Source: Kofleriaceae bacterium (lineage in GTDB: Bacteria; Myxococcota_A; Polyangia; Haliangiales; Haliangiaceae). Taken from it: a DNA stretch of 64,000 bases. Where the stretch lies: NCBI GenBank assembly GCA_965215005.1, contig CBDCCZ010000054.1, forward strand, positions 1 through 64,000, given 5' to 3'. Shown here piece by piece: positions 1 through 9,112 of the stretch; position 1 is the first letter of the stretch; the number at the start of each line of letters is the position of its first letter. A model generated the notes under the pieces. The model had not been told where the DNA came from. It saw only the letters and a list, made by a program, of their open reading frames with translations, and ran no database searches. Position numbers and translations under genes: made by a program.

Positions 1-1
1 A

Positions 2-82
2 CGCCTGTCACCACGCACTGCCGGCGTCTTGCGTCGCATCGAAGCGGGCGGCGAGGACGAGTCGCCGCCCGCAGACCGCTGA
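2..82 (+). CDS. Possible 3' end of an upstream gene (RLSPRTAGVLRRIEAGGEDESPPADR*)
   Basis: Open frame from the window edge to TGA at 80-82; no recognisable motif. Confidence 0.3.
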   Translation, partial: RLSPRTAGVLRRIEAGGEDESPPADR

Positions 83-129
83 GGCCCGAATGCCTCTGCC
101 CGCGGCGGGTCACCCGCGACAGGCCGCGT

Positions 130-135
130 TATACT
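130..135 (+). promoter_or_regulatory. -10 element TATACT just upstream of the M48 ATG (probable leaderless transcript)
   Basis: TATACT at 130-135, ATG at 142, no Shine-Dalgarno between them. Confidence 0.5.
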
Positions 136-141
136 CGCGAC

Positions 142-1038
142 ATGACTGGGGTCGACTTCGATTTCGCCCGCTACATCGCACATCGGCGTGGGCAGGTGGA
201 GCAGCGCGCCCGTGACGGCGCCGCCTACTCCTATAGCGGCGAGCGCAAGGTCCGCCGCGCCCTCGCCAGCGCCCGGCCGGTCACCATGGCGCTCGAAGCC
301 ACCACGCGCCTGTGGAAGAACGTCGCCAAGAGCGAGCTGCTCGGCACCTCCACGCAGGTTTCCTCGAGCCAACATTCCCGGCTGCACGCCGCATCGCGAC
401 GCGCCTTCGAGGCGATGCGGCTCGATCCAGAACCAGTTTATGTGGCCTCCGCAGGTTCCCGTGTGAAAGCGCAGGCGCTCGGCACCAACGATGATGCCTA
501 TATCGTCGTGCGTGCCGACCTCCTCGAGTTGCTTACCGACGATGAGCTCGTTGCGGTCGTCGGTCACGAGCTCGCGCACATTCAGAACAACCACGTGGTC
601 TACGCGACCTCGCTCTACTATCTCCAGCACGCGGCGATGAACTTCGTGCGCTGGATGGTGCAGCCAGCCATCATGACGCTGCAGGCGTGGTCTCGGCGCG
701 CCGAGATTACCTGCGATCGCGCCGCGCTCTTGTGCACGCGCGATTTGCGCACCGCGTTGTCAGCTATCGTCAAGGTCGAGCTCAGCCTCGAGGCCGGCGA
801 CACGTTCGACATCGACGCGTACATCACCGAGCTTCCCGACGGCAAGCGGGGCGTCGGGCGCGTGGCCGAGCTGTTTCGCAGCCACCCCTATCTGCCCAAG
901 CGTGTGCAGGCGTTACGGGTATTTGCTGAGTCGAGCTTCTATCGCAAGTACACCGGTGCCACGACCAAAGCCGGAGCCGAGTCGCTATCGGCCGAAGACG
1001 TCGACAATCAGGTCGCCGAGATCATGAGCGTGTTTTGA
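142..1038 (+). CDS. M48-family (Ste24/HtpX/Oma1-like) zinc metallopeptidase
   Basis: ELVAVVGHELAH (HExxH), third-ligand region SRRAEITCDR, C-terminal FRSHP..KRV. Confidence 0.9.
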   Translation: MTGVDFDFARYIAHRRGQVEQRARDGAAYSYSGERKVRRALASARPVTMALEATTRLWKNVAKSELLGTSTQVSSSQHSRLHAASRRAFEAMRLDPEPVYVASAGSRVKAQALGTNDDAYIVVRADLLELLTDDELVAVVGHELAHIQNNHVVYATSLYYLQHAAMNFVRWMVQPAIMTLQAWSRRAEITCDRAALLCTRDLRTALSAIVKVELSLEAGDTFDIDAYITELPDGKRGVGRVAELFRSHPYLPKRVQALRVFAESSFYRKYTGATTKAGAESLSAEDVDNQVAEIMSVF

Positions 1039-2831
1039 TGACGACACTTCTGGAAAAACATCAGCACTCCAAGCGGGCCATCATCGAGCAGCTCAGCCAA
1101 CTCGCGGCAGTGGCCGAGTCGATCGGCATGCGCACGCTGGCGCGCGACATCACCAGCCAACGCATCCCCAAACTCGAGAACGAGCGCTTCCACCTGGTGA
1201 TCCTCGGCGAGTTCAATCACGGCAAGTCGACCTTCGTGAACGCGCTGCTCGGCGCCGATGTTCTGCCCACCGGAATCACGCCGACGACCGCAGCGATCAA
1301 TCACGTCGTCTACTCAGAGGAGATCTACGCTCGCGCCCATACCAGCGAAGGCGAGGTCCTCGACGTCACGCCAGAGGAGCTGCAGAACTGGGTCACCGTC
1401 TCCGGTGATCGCACCCAGGAAGTGTCGTTCGTAGAGGTTGGCTATCCGTCGCCGCTGTTGCGCGAGAACATCGTCCTCGTCGACACCCCAGGGGTCAACG
1501 ACCTCAACGAAGCGCGCGCCGATATCACCTACGGCTATGTCCCTCGAGCGGACGCGGTGATCTTTCTGCTCGATGCCGGCCAGGCGCTCAAAGACTCCGA
1601 GCGCGAGTTCCTCTCGAGTCATGTGTTGCAGGGGTCCAAAGATCGACTCATCTTCGTGCTCGGCAAAGTCGACATCTTGAGCGAGGCCGAGCGCGGCGCA
1701 GTCATCGACTACGTCAAGAAAGGCCTCGGCAAGCTGATCGAGGCGCCGGCGCTGTATCCGGTTTCGGCGCGCAAAGACCTCGAGGGCCAGCGCGAGCAAT
1801 CGGGCATGACCGAGCTCCTGGCCTACCTCGAACGCTTTTTGAACACCGATCGCTCGCAGATCTTGCTCGACAATGCCGCCGGCGATGCGGCGCGAACCGC
1901 CGCCTATCTCGAGCAGAATCTCGGCGTTCGCATTCATGCCTACGATCTCGACGTGGTCGAGCTCGAGCAGCGCATCTTGCACGTCCGCAAGCAGCTCGAT
2001 GCCTCCAAGCGCACCCTCGATGACTTGCACGTCCGCATCGGTGCCGATTGCGAAGCGATCAAGTCGCAGGTGCGTTTGGACCTGGAGGGCTTCGCGAGGG
2101 CGTTCATCGACGCATTGCCCGGCGAGATCGATTCGGTGGACGCGAGCGAGGTCAAGCGCTACTTGCCCGGCTTCATCGAAGACAAGTTTCGCGAGTGGGC
2201 GGAGCTCGAGGGCGCCAAAGTGGCTGCGCAGCTCGAGAACCTCGCGCAGGACGTCATCGCCGTTACCAACGAGAACGTCTCGCAAGTATCCGCCGCTCTG
2301 GCTGAAAGCCTTGGCCCCGCCGATACCCGCGTCGACATCGATGTCGATAGCTTCAAGTACGACGTCGGCATCTACGCGGTGGGCGCGCTCGGGACCACGG
2401 TGTTTCTGTTCGTCAACACCCTCGCTGGAGGACTGCTCACACTGGCTGCCCCCATCTTGGCGATCGTCCTCAAAAGCAAAGTCGCCGGCGATATTCGCGA
2501 GCAGGCCAAAGAGAAGGTCCCAGGCGCCATCGTTCGCGCCAGAGATGCGATGCGGCCGCACTTTGACAAAGTGATCGATGCGTTCACGGCACGGCTGTCG
2601 CAGTTCGTCACCTCCGCGGGCGTCACGCTGTACAAAGGCATCTCCGAGGTCCTCGACCAAACCCTGGCCGATCGTCGCGAACGTGCCGGCGAGATCGATC
2701 AGCTGCGCACTCAAGCGCGGGCGCAGAAGCAGGCCGTCGAGAAGGCGCGCCAGGCCCTGCAAGAGCTGCGTAGCCAGGTGTGGAACCCCTCCGCCAACGC
2801 CAACGCCAACGCCAACACCGATCGCTCGTGA
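1038..2831 (+). CDS. Bacterial dynamin-like GTPase (DLP) with hydrophobic paddle
   Basis: GEFNHGKS, PTT, DTPG, GKVD; helical stalk; hydrophobic segment VGIYAVGALGTTVFLFVNTLAGGLLTLAAPILAIVL; TGATG overlap with the M48 stop. Confidence 0.9.
   Translation: MTTLLEKHQHSKRAIIEQLSQLAAVAESIGMRTLARDITSQRIPKLENERFHLVILGEFNHGKSTFVNALLGADVLPTGITPTTAAINHVVYSEEIYARAHTSEGEVLDVTPEELQNWVTVSGDRTQEVSFVEVGYPSPLLRENIVLVDTPGVNDLNEARADITYGYVPRADAVIFLLDAGQALKDSEREFLSSHVLQGSKDRLIFVLGKVDILSEAERGAVIDYVKKGLGKLIEAPALYPVSARKDLEGQREQSGMTELLAYLERFLNTDRSQILLDNAAGDAARTAAYLEQNLGVRIHAYDLDVVELEQRILHVRKQLDASKRTLDDLHVRIGADCEAIKSQVRLDLEGFARAFIDALPGEIDSVDASEVKRYLPGFIEDKFREWAELEGAKVAAQLENLAQDVIAVTNENVSQVSAALAESLGPADTRVDIDVDSFKYDVGIYAVGALGTTVFLFVNTLAGGLLTLAAPILAIVLKSKVAGDIREQAKEKVPGAIVRARDAMRPHFDKVIDAFTARLSQFVTSAGVTLYKGISEVLDQTLADRRERAGEIDQLRTQARAQKQAVEKARQALQELRSQVWNPSANANANANTDRS
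2793..2816 (+). repeat. (GCCAAC)4 in-frame microsatellite encoding ANANANAN
   Basis: Read directly near the 3' end of the first DLP gene. Confidence 0.9.
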
Positions 2832-2855
2832 GCGCGAGCTCGAAAAGGAGCTGAC

Positions 2856-5822
2856 GTGACGCTGTGGTCGCGGATCGAGCGCCGGCTAAATGATCTGGCC
2901 GATCGCGTCGATGACATCCTGCCGGATGAGTTCCGCGAACAGATTCAAAGCGCGCGACGTCTCATCGAACAGAGCAAACCGCGCGAAGCGGTCGAGATGC
3001 TGCAGGCGCTGCTCATGGTTCGCCCCGACCATGTCACAGCGCTCTTGCTCGTGGGCGCAGCGCAGCTCGAGCTCGCGCAGTTCCAAGCCGCGGGCGAGTC
3101 GTTCGATCGCGTGCTCGCGGTGCGACCTGAGTTTCCCGAAGCGCTGGTTGGACGCGGGCAGGCTCACTTGGGCAGCGGCGAGCTCGAGCTGGCGATTGGC
3201 GCGTTTGGTCAAGCGGTGCGTTCCGCCGGCGGCGATCGCTCGGTCTTGGCCGAAGCCTATCGGGGGCTTGGCATCGCCTATCGCCGCCGCGGTGAGCTAG
3301 ACAAAGCAATTCGCGAGCTGCGCAAAGCCGTCGCCGAAGCATCCGAGGATCCACTGGCACGTGCTGCGCTGGGCGAGGCGCTGCTCGCTGACGATCAAGT
3401 GTCATCCGAAGAAGCGCGGCGGCAGTTGCAGGAGGCGGCGCGGGTCACCGAGCCCCCCGCGCTAGCACTGCTCGCGCTTGGTCGCCTGGCATTGATCGAT
3501 GCCGACCACGCCGCGGCGCGGACTCGCTTCACGGATGCGTTGGCGCGCGCGGCAACGCAGGAGGAACGGTTTACAGCGCTCGAAGGGCTGGGTGATGCTG
3601 AGCTGGCGGCCGGCGACACCGCGGCGGCTCACCAGCAGTACTTGAAAGCGCTCGAGCTCGAGCCGAAGCGTTCCTCGCTGCACGCTCGGCTCGGGGCTCT
3701 GCACCGCCGCGTGCGCAATCACGACGCGGCCTTGGAAAGCTACGAGCGCGCGTTGGAGCAGCACCGCGACAGTGCGACCTTGCGCGACGCGCTGGAGACC
3801 GCGCTCGAGGCCGACCGACTGCAAGTAGCGGTGCGGCTCGCCAATGAGTTGCTTGCGGTAGATCCCAACGACACCCGGGCGCTCGTTGCGCGCGGCATCG
3901 CGCTAGCTAGGTCGTCGGACACCGAGGCAGCCCGCGCTACGTTTGCTGCGGTGCTCGCGCGCGGCAGCGACTTGCACGCTCATCTTGCGCTGGCACGTCT
4001 AGAGCTCGACGCCACGCCCAACCGAAGCGGCGGAATCAGCGCCGCGGCTGCTGCGCTCGCAGCGCTGCGCGAGGAGCCCACCAATCCGCTCGGCCGCGAG
4101 CTGCTAGCGGAAGCGCGGGCGCGCGAGCTCGACCTCGATACCCGTGAGCGCTGCGACAGTCGCGACGACAGCGACATGTACCAGGTTGCTGTCGATTTGC
4201 AGCGCGTGGCGCTCGCGCGTAGCGAGCTCTCAGATCTGGTTTCAGACGCTGCACAGGCGGCTTCCGACTTCGACCAGCCCCTGCTCGTAACGGTCATGGG
4301 CGAGTTCTCGAGCGGCAAGTCGAGCTTTGTGAATGCGTTTCTCGGTCATGAGATCGCAGCTACAGGGATTACGCCGACGACTGCCACGATCAACGTCGTC
4401 AAGTATGGCCGCGAGCGCGGCGGCCGCATCATTGGCCACGACGGCTCGGTGCGTACGCTCGACGTCGAAGAGCTTTACGAGGCATTGCATGCACTCGAGC
4501 CTGAGGCGGTCCGGGCGATTGAGCGGGTCGAGATCTTGTTTCCGTTGCCGCTCCTCGAGCGGGTCAACATCGTCGACACGCCAGGCCTCAACTCGATCGT
4601 ACCCGAGCACGAAGAGGTTGCGCGTGGGTTCATCAGCCGCGCCGACGCGGTGATCTGGGTGTTCACTGCCGGCCAAGGAGGCAAAGCCAGTGAGCGCGCC
4701 GCGCTGGAGAGCATTCGCGGCGAAGGCAAGCGCGTGCTCGGCGTGCTCAACAAGCGCGATCAGCTAAGCGCTGCTGACGCCGACGCCGTCATCGGCCATA
4801 TCGCCGCCGAACTCGGCGATATCGTCGAGCTCGTGGTGCCATTCTCCGCGCGCGAGGCGCTAGCTTATAAACGGCTGCCCGGCGCTACTACGACCGAAGA
4901 CCAGCGCCGCAATGTCTCCGCCGTGCACGCCGATGACAACGCAGCAGACGGCAACTGGCTCGCGCTCGCTAGCGCGCTCGAAGAGCGGTTCTTTGCCCAC
5001 GCTCGCGAGCTCAAACGCAACGCGTGCAGCCGGCGCCTCAGCGTACTGCTCGAGCGCGCACGCGGACGCGTCCGCGCCGAGGAGCACGTCGCGCAGCAAG
5101 CCGCGGCGAGCTTGCGCGACGCCGCGACCACACTCGAAGAGACCCGACTCGGATTCGTCGATGCGACCGTGGCGCGCGAGCGTGCACGGCTTAGCGAACA
5201 GGTGGCGAGTCTCTACCGTCGCGCCGCACGGGAAGTGCTCGAGTTGGTGCGGCCACGCCGGCTGCCGTTTGGCTCGCACAGCGCCACCCCCGCGGATCGC
5301 GACTATCTGATCTCGCTGCTCGATAGTGGCTACGAAGCCGCGCTAGCCGCCAGCCGGCGCGCGGTATTAGCCGAGCTCGGAAGCTACGCCACCGCCGCCG
5401 GCCAGAGCGGCGCCGCCGCGGCCGATATCATCGGCAATGAGGCGGTTGGCGACATTGCGCGCACCGGGCTGGATGCGGTGCGCTTGGTCGAGGCTCGCGT
5501 CTACGAGCGCTGCCGCGCGTATCTACAAGGATACCTGCGAGGTGGGTACGTCGATTCATTGTTCCGCCGCGATCTCCCCAAGCTCGAGCTCACCGAAGAC
5601 GCCGTCTATCACGCTCTGTATCGCGATGCGCCCGATCTCGACCAAGAGATCACGCTGCGCCTCGCCACCGCAGGCACCGAGGCACTCGATAGCTTGGCGC
5701 AACGCCTCGAGCACTGGGCCGGCGTTGCCGAGGTCCTCGCCTACGACCTCGAGGTCGGCATTGGTCGCGCCCTCGATAGCCTCGATGCTCGCCGGCGCGC
5801 GCTAGAGAGCTCGCAAAGCTGA
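2856..5822 (+). CDS. TPR-repeat / dynamin-like GTPase fusion protein
   Basis: About 430 aa of TPR-like helices, then GEFSSGKS, PTT, DTPG, NKRD; SD AAAAGGAG before the GTG. Confidence 0.88.
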   Translation: MTLWSRIERRLNDLADRVDDILPDEFREQIQSARRLIEQSKPREAVEMLQALLMVRPDHVTALLLVGAAQLELAQFQAAGESFDRVLAVRPEFPEALVGRGQAHLGSGELELAIGAFGQAVRSAGGDRSVLAEAYRGLGIAYRRRGELDKAIRELRKAVAEASEDPLARAALGEALLADDQVSSEEARRQLQEAARVTEPPALALLALGRLALIDADHAAARTRFTDALARAATQEERFTALEGLGDAELAAGDTAAAHQQYLKALELEPKRSSLHARLGALHRRVRNHDAALESYERALEQHRDSATLRDALETALEADRLQVAVRLANELLAVDPNDTRALVARGIALARSSDTEAARATFAAVLARGSDLHAHLALARLELDATPNRSGGISAAAAALAALREEPTNPLGRELLAEARARELDLDTRERCDSRDDSDMYQVAVDLQRVALARSELSDLVSDAAQAASDFDQPLLVTVMGEFSSGKSSFVNAFLGHEIAATGITPTTATINVVKYGRERGGRIIGHDGSVRTLDVEELYEALHALEPEAVRAIERVEILFPLPLLERVNIVDTPGLNSIVPEHEEVARGFISRADAVIWVFTAGQGGKASERAALESIRGEGKRVLGVLNKRDQLSAADADAVIGHIAAELGDIVELVVPFSAREALAYKRLPGATTTEDQRRNVSAVHADDNAADGNWLALASALEERFFAHARELKRNACSRRLSVLLERARGRVRAEEHVAQQAAASLRDAATTLEETRLGFVDATVARERARLSEQVASLYRRAAREVLELVRPRRLPFGSHSATPADRDYLISLLDSGYEAALAASRRAVLAELGSYATAAGQSGAAAADIIGNEAVGDIARTGLDAVRLVEARVYERCRAYLQGYLRGGYVDSLFRRDLPKLELTEDAVYHALYRDAPDLDQEITLRLATAGTEALDSLAQRLEHWAGVAEVLAYDLEVGIGRALDSLDARRRALESSQS

Positions 5823-5909
5823 CCGCTTTGCAGTCGATCAGCCTGAATTGATCACTCCAGTCATGCTCGGCTCGACGAGCGTCGGACACTGCTCGTAAAG
5901 TAGCGCCAC

Positions 5910-6626
5910 GTGAAGCTCACCCTCGGCATCGACGAAGCAGGGCGCGGCCCCGTCATCGGCCCCATGGTCATGGCGGCGGTGTGCCTCGACACGCACGCCG
6001 CCCGAGCGCTCACCCGCGCCGGTCTGCGCGACTCCAAGGGCTACGGTGCCGGAGACAAGGCCCGCCGCGCTCGTGCGGCGCTTGCGGAGCGGGTCGAGCG
6101 GGTGGCTCGCCATGTCGAGGTTCGCGTGGTCGACGTGCTGGAGATCGACCGCCGCGTCGTGCGCGGCGAGCTCAACGTGCTCGAGCGCGAGGTCGCGTCG
6201 GACTTCATAGCGCGCGCGCCGGTGTGTCACCGCATCGTCGCCGACGGCAGAACGCTGTTCCGCAAGCTCACGGCACAGCACCCGCACTTGGAAGCCCACG
6301 ACCACGGCGAATCGCGCCACGCCGCCGTCGCTGCTGCGTCGGTCGTCGCCAAGCACCTGCGAGACAGTCTGTTCTTCGGCATCTCTCAGCGCTATGAGCC
6401 CACGTTTGGCGCGATCACCGGCGGAGGTTACGTCAACGCCGCCACCCGACGTTTCTTACGCGCCTATGCACAGCGCCACGGAACCCTTCCGCCCGAGGCG
6501 CGCCGTTCGTGGCCGCACAACTATCTGCACGATATTCTCGGCGACAGCTTTGATCCCTTTGCCGACACCCCTGCCCTGCACGCCCCGCAGCTCGGACTCT
6601 TCACCGACGCCTCGGCCCCCCGCTAG
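5910..6626 (+). CDS. rnhB: Ribonuclease HII (archaeal-like sequence)
   Basis: GIDEAGRGPVIGPMV, RDSK, VAAASVVAK..RD. Confidence 0.92.
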   Translation: MKLTLGIDEAGRGPVIGPMVMAAVCLDTHAARALTRAGLRDSKGYGAGDKARRARAALAERVERVARHVEVRVVDVLEIDRRVVRGELNVLEREVASDFIARAPVCHRIVADGRTLFRKLTAQHPHLEAHDHGESRHAAVAAASVVAKHLRDSLFFGISQRYEPTFGAITGGGYVNAATRRFLRAYAQRHGTLPPEARRSWPHNYLHDILGDSFDPFADTPALHAPQLGLFTDASAPR

Positions 6627-6689
6627 CGTCGTTCCTCTCGCTCGTACCACTCCGCCGCAAGGCTCCTGCCGCGACGCATTTCGCAGCAG

Positions 6690-7295
6690 TCACGGCGCTG
6701 CCTTGGCCATCTCTTTGTACTCATCGAGCTCGAGGCGAAGCTTCTCCAAGGCGTAGCGCATCCGGCTCTTGACGGTGTTCTCGGGCACGCCAACCACCGC
6801 CGCGATGTCCTTGAACGGCATCTCGAGAAACTCGCGCATCAAGAACACCTCGCGTTGCTCATCCGAGAGCGTTGCGATTGCCTGCTGTAGTCGCTCATGA
6901 AGCTGCCGATTGCCGACCTGCCGATCCGAGGCCATCTCATCGCCGGCGATCACGTCCATCAGCGAGCCGCTTTCGTCACCGGCGCGCAGCGGCGCGTCGA
7001 GCGACTGGTGACGCCGATGCTTTTTACGCCGCGACTGATCGACGCAGAGGTTGCGAGCAATCGTGTAGAGCCAGGTGGTGAACTTGGCCTTCTTCTGATA
7101 GCCCGCCGCTCCTTTGATGACCCGCAGAAACGTCTCTTGCAGCAGATCCTCAGCGACCTCGCGCGACCCGACGAAGCGATAGATGAAGTTGAAGATCGGC
7201 TTGCGGTGGCGCGCAAGCAGCACCTCGAACGCCGCGACCTCGCCCTTTTGATAGCGAAACATCAGGGCTTCGTCGGCGTCTTCGCGAACCGTCAT
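6690..7295 (-). CDS. ECF-type RNA polymerase sigma factor
   Basis: AEDLLQETFLRV, FTTWLYTIARN, region-4 HTH GVPENTVKSRMRYA. Confidence 0.92.
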   Translation of the reverse strand: MTVREDADEALMFRYQKGEVAAFEVLLARHRKPIFNFIYRFVGSREVAEDLLQETFLRVIKGAAGYQKKAKFTTWLYTIARNLCVDQSRRKKHRRHQSLDAPLRAGDESGSLMDVIAGDEMASDRQVGNRQLHERLQQAIATLSDEQREVFLMREFLEMPFKDIAAVVGVPENTVKSRMRYALEKLRLELDEYKEMAKAAP

Positions 7296-7404
7296 ATCCT
7301 TTCGCCCAGCCTCGCCAGCACCCTGCGCAGCCAGCGCTTCACGACGTAGAACGCGACATTACCGCAACGACGAGAGCACAGCAAACGCGGCTCGTGATTC
7401 CGCG

Positions 7405-8253
7405 CTACCTGCGTTGGCAGTGCGGGCAATGGAACGTTGCACGCCCCTGTTGCACGGTGCGTCGAATGCTCCCTGAGCATCCTCGGCGCATGCAGCGGTC
7501 GCCAGCGCGGTCGTACACCCAGAGGTAGTGGCCGTGCTCGCCGCTGCGACCATCGGCGCTTACGAAGTCGCGCAAGCTAGTGCCGCCGTGGTCGAGCGCG
7601 CGGAGTAGCACCGCCACCACCGCCTCCGCAAGACGCTCCGCTCGCGGCCTGCTCAGCAAGTGGCTCGCGAGAGTTGGGCGGATTTGCGCCTGCCAAAGCG
7701 CTTCGGAAGCGTAGATGTTGCCAATCCCGGCAACCACGCGCTGATCCAGGAGGAGCTGTTTGATGCTCCTGCGCGTCCGCAACGCGTGCTCGTGAAGGTA
7801 GCCACCGGTGAGCTCTCCCGACAATGGCTCGATGCCCAGATGCATAAGCGCTGGATGGTCTCGCTCGGATCCGCGACGCACGACGTCCGCCTGGCCAAAG
7901 CGCCGCGGATCGGAGAACCGCAGATCGAGGGCTTGGCCAGCGCGCAGCAACGAAAATCGCAGGTGGGTATGGTTTGCCATCGCGGAGTCACTGGGCAGCA
8001 GCCGCAACCGCCCACTCATTCCAAGGTGAATCAGCGCCGACTCCGAGCGATCGATAAAGTCGATCAGCAGATATTTGCCGAGCCGACGAACTCCCTCGAT
8101 CGTGCTTCCAACCGCCGCCTGCCGCAGAGCAGTTACATCGAGCGGCCGACCGAGACGGAGCGGCAGTCCACTCGTCCAAAGTTCGGTCACGCCCCAGCCA
8201 ATGGCAGGCGCCAGCGCGCGCCGCACGGTCTCGACCTCGGGCAACTCAGGCAT
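7405..8253 (-). CDS. mutM: Formamidopyrimidine-DNA glycosylase
   Basis: N-terminal MPELPEVE (start placed at 8253), HLGMSG, GIGNIYASE, C-terminal Zn finger. Confidence 0.97.
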   Translation of the reverse strand: MPELPEVETVRRALAPAIGWGVTELWTSGLPLRLGRPLDVTALRQAAVGSTIEGVRRLGKYLLIDFIDRSESALIHLGMSGRLRLLPSDSAMANHTHLRFSLLRAGQALDLRFSDPRRFGQADVVRRGSERDHPALMHLGIEPLSGELTGGYLHEHALRTRRSIKQLLLDQRVVAGIGNIYASEALWQAQIRPTLASHLLSRPRAERLAEAVVAVLLRALDHGGTSLRDFVSADGRSGEHGHYLWVYDRAGDRCMRRGCSGSIRRTVQQGRATFHCPHCQRR

Positions 8254-9112
8254 TCGAAACGGGGAGCGCGTGCGCCAGACGCGCAAAGTCGGCAATGGTG
8301 AGCGTCTCGCCGCGGCGTTGGCCATCGATCTCGGTCACAGTGAGCGCCGCGTCGACAGCGGGAACTGGGAACACCGCGCGCAGCGCATTGCGCAGGGTTT
8401 TGCGTCGCTGCCCGAAGGCGGCATGAACCACGTTGGCGTAGTGGGTTTCGTCGGCGATAGGTACGCGCGGCTCTCCTCCAGGAAGTGGATCGAGGCGCAG
8501 CACCGTCGATTCGACTTTGGGGGGCGGCTCGAACGCGCCCCGACCAACCCGCAACACCACCCGCGCGTCGACATACGTGGAGATGAGGACGCCGAGCGCG
8601 CCATAGGCTTTGGTGCCAGGCGCGGCCACAATGCGATCTGCCATCTCGCGCTGCAGCATCACCACCGCCCGGCGCACGTGTCGTCGCGACGCCACCACCC
8701 GAAACAAGATCTGCGAAGCGATGTTGTACGGCAGATTGCCGCACACCGTAATTGGCTCGCACGCCCACTTCGACACCGCGTCGAGGTCGTAGAGAAGAGC
8801 ATTGGCTTCTTCGATCACGATGTTGTCGAAGTGGCCGAGCTCAGCGCGCAGCACCGCGACCATGTCGCGATCACGCTCAACCGCCAGCACTTTGCCCTCC
8901 GGCACTCGCTCCGCCAGGCGGGCAGTGAGGGTGCCGAGGCCGGCACCAATCTCCACGATCCAATCGGTATCGGCCGCGACCGTGGCGTCGACGATGGCGC
9001 GAAACGCTCGCTCACCCACCAGGAAGTTCTGTCCGAAGGATTTTTTGGCCGCTAGCCCGTGGCGTCGAAGCAGGGTTCGGGCATCAGAAAACGGTGGTTT
9101 CAAGTAGGCCAT
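8246..9112 (-). CDS. rsmA: 16S rRNA m6(2)A dimethyltransferase KsgA
   Basis: KKSFGQNFL, EIGAGLG, GNLPYNI, QRRKTLRN. Confidence 0.97.
   Translation of the reverse strand: MAYLKPPFSDARTLLRRHGLAAKKSFGQNFLVGERAFRAIVDATVAADTDWIVEIGAGLGTLTARLAERVPEGKVLAVERDRDMVAVLRAELGHFDNIVIEEANALLYDLDAVSKWACEPITVCGNLPYNIASQILFRVVASRRHVRRAVVMLQREMADRIVAAPGTKAYGALGVLISTYVDARVVLRVGRGAFEPPPKVESTVLRLDPLPGGEPRVPIADETHYANVVHAAFGQRRKTLRNALRAVFPVPAVDAALTVTEIDGQRRGETLTIADFARLAHALPVSNA

Noticed and set aside
1314..2762. Long antisense ORF, and many similar shadow ORFs in the track
   Set aside because: Expected opposite real genes in high-GC DNA; no motifs
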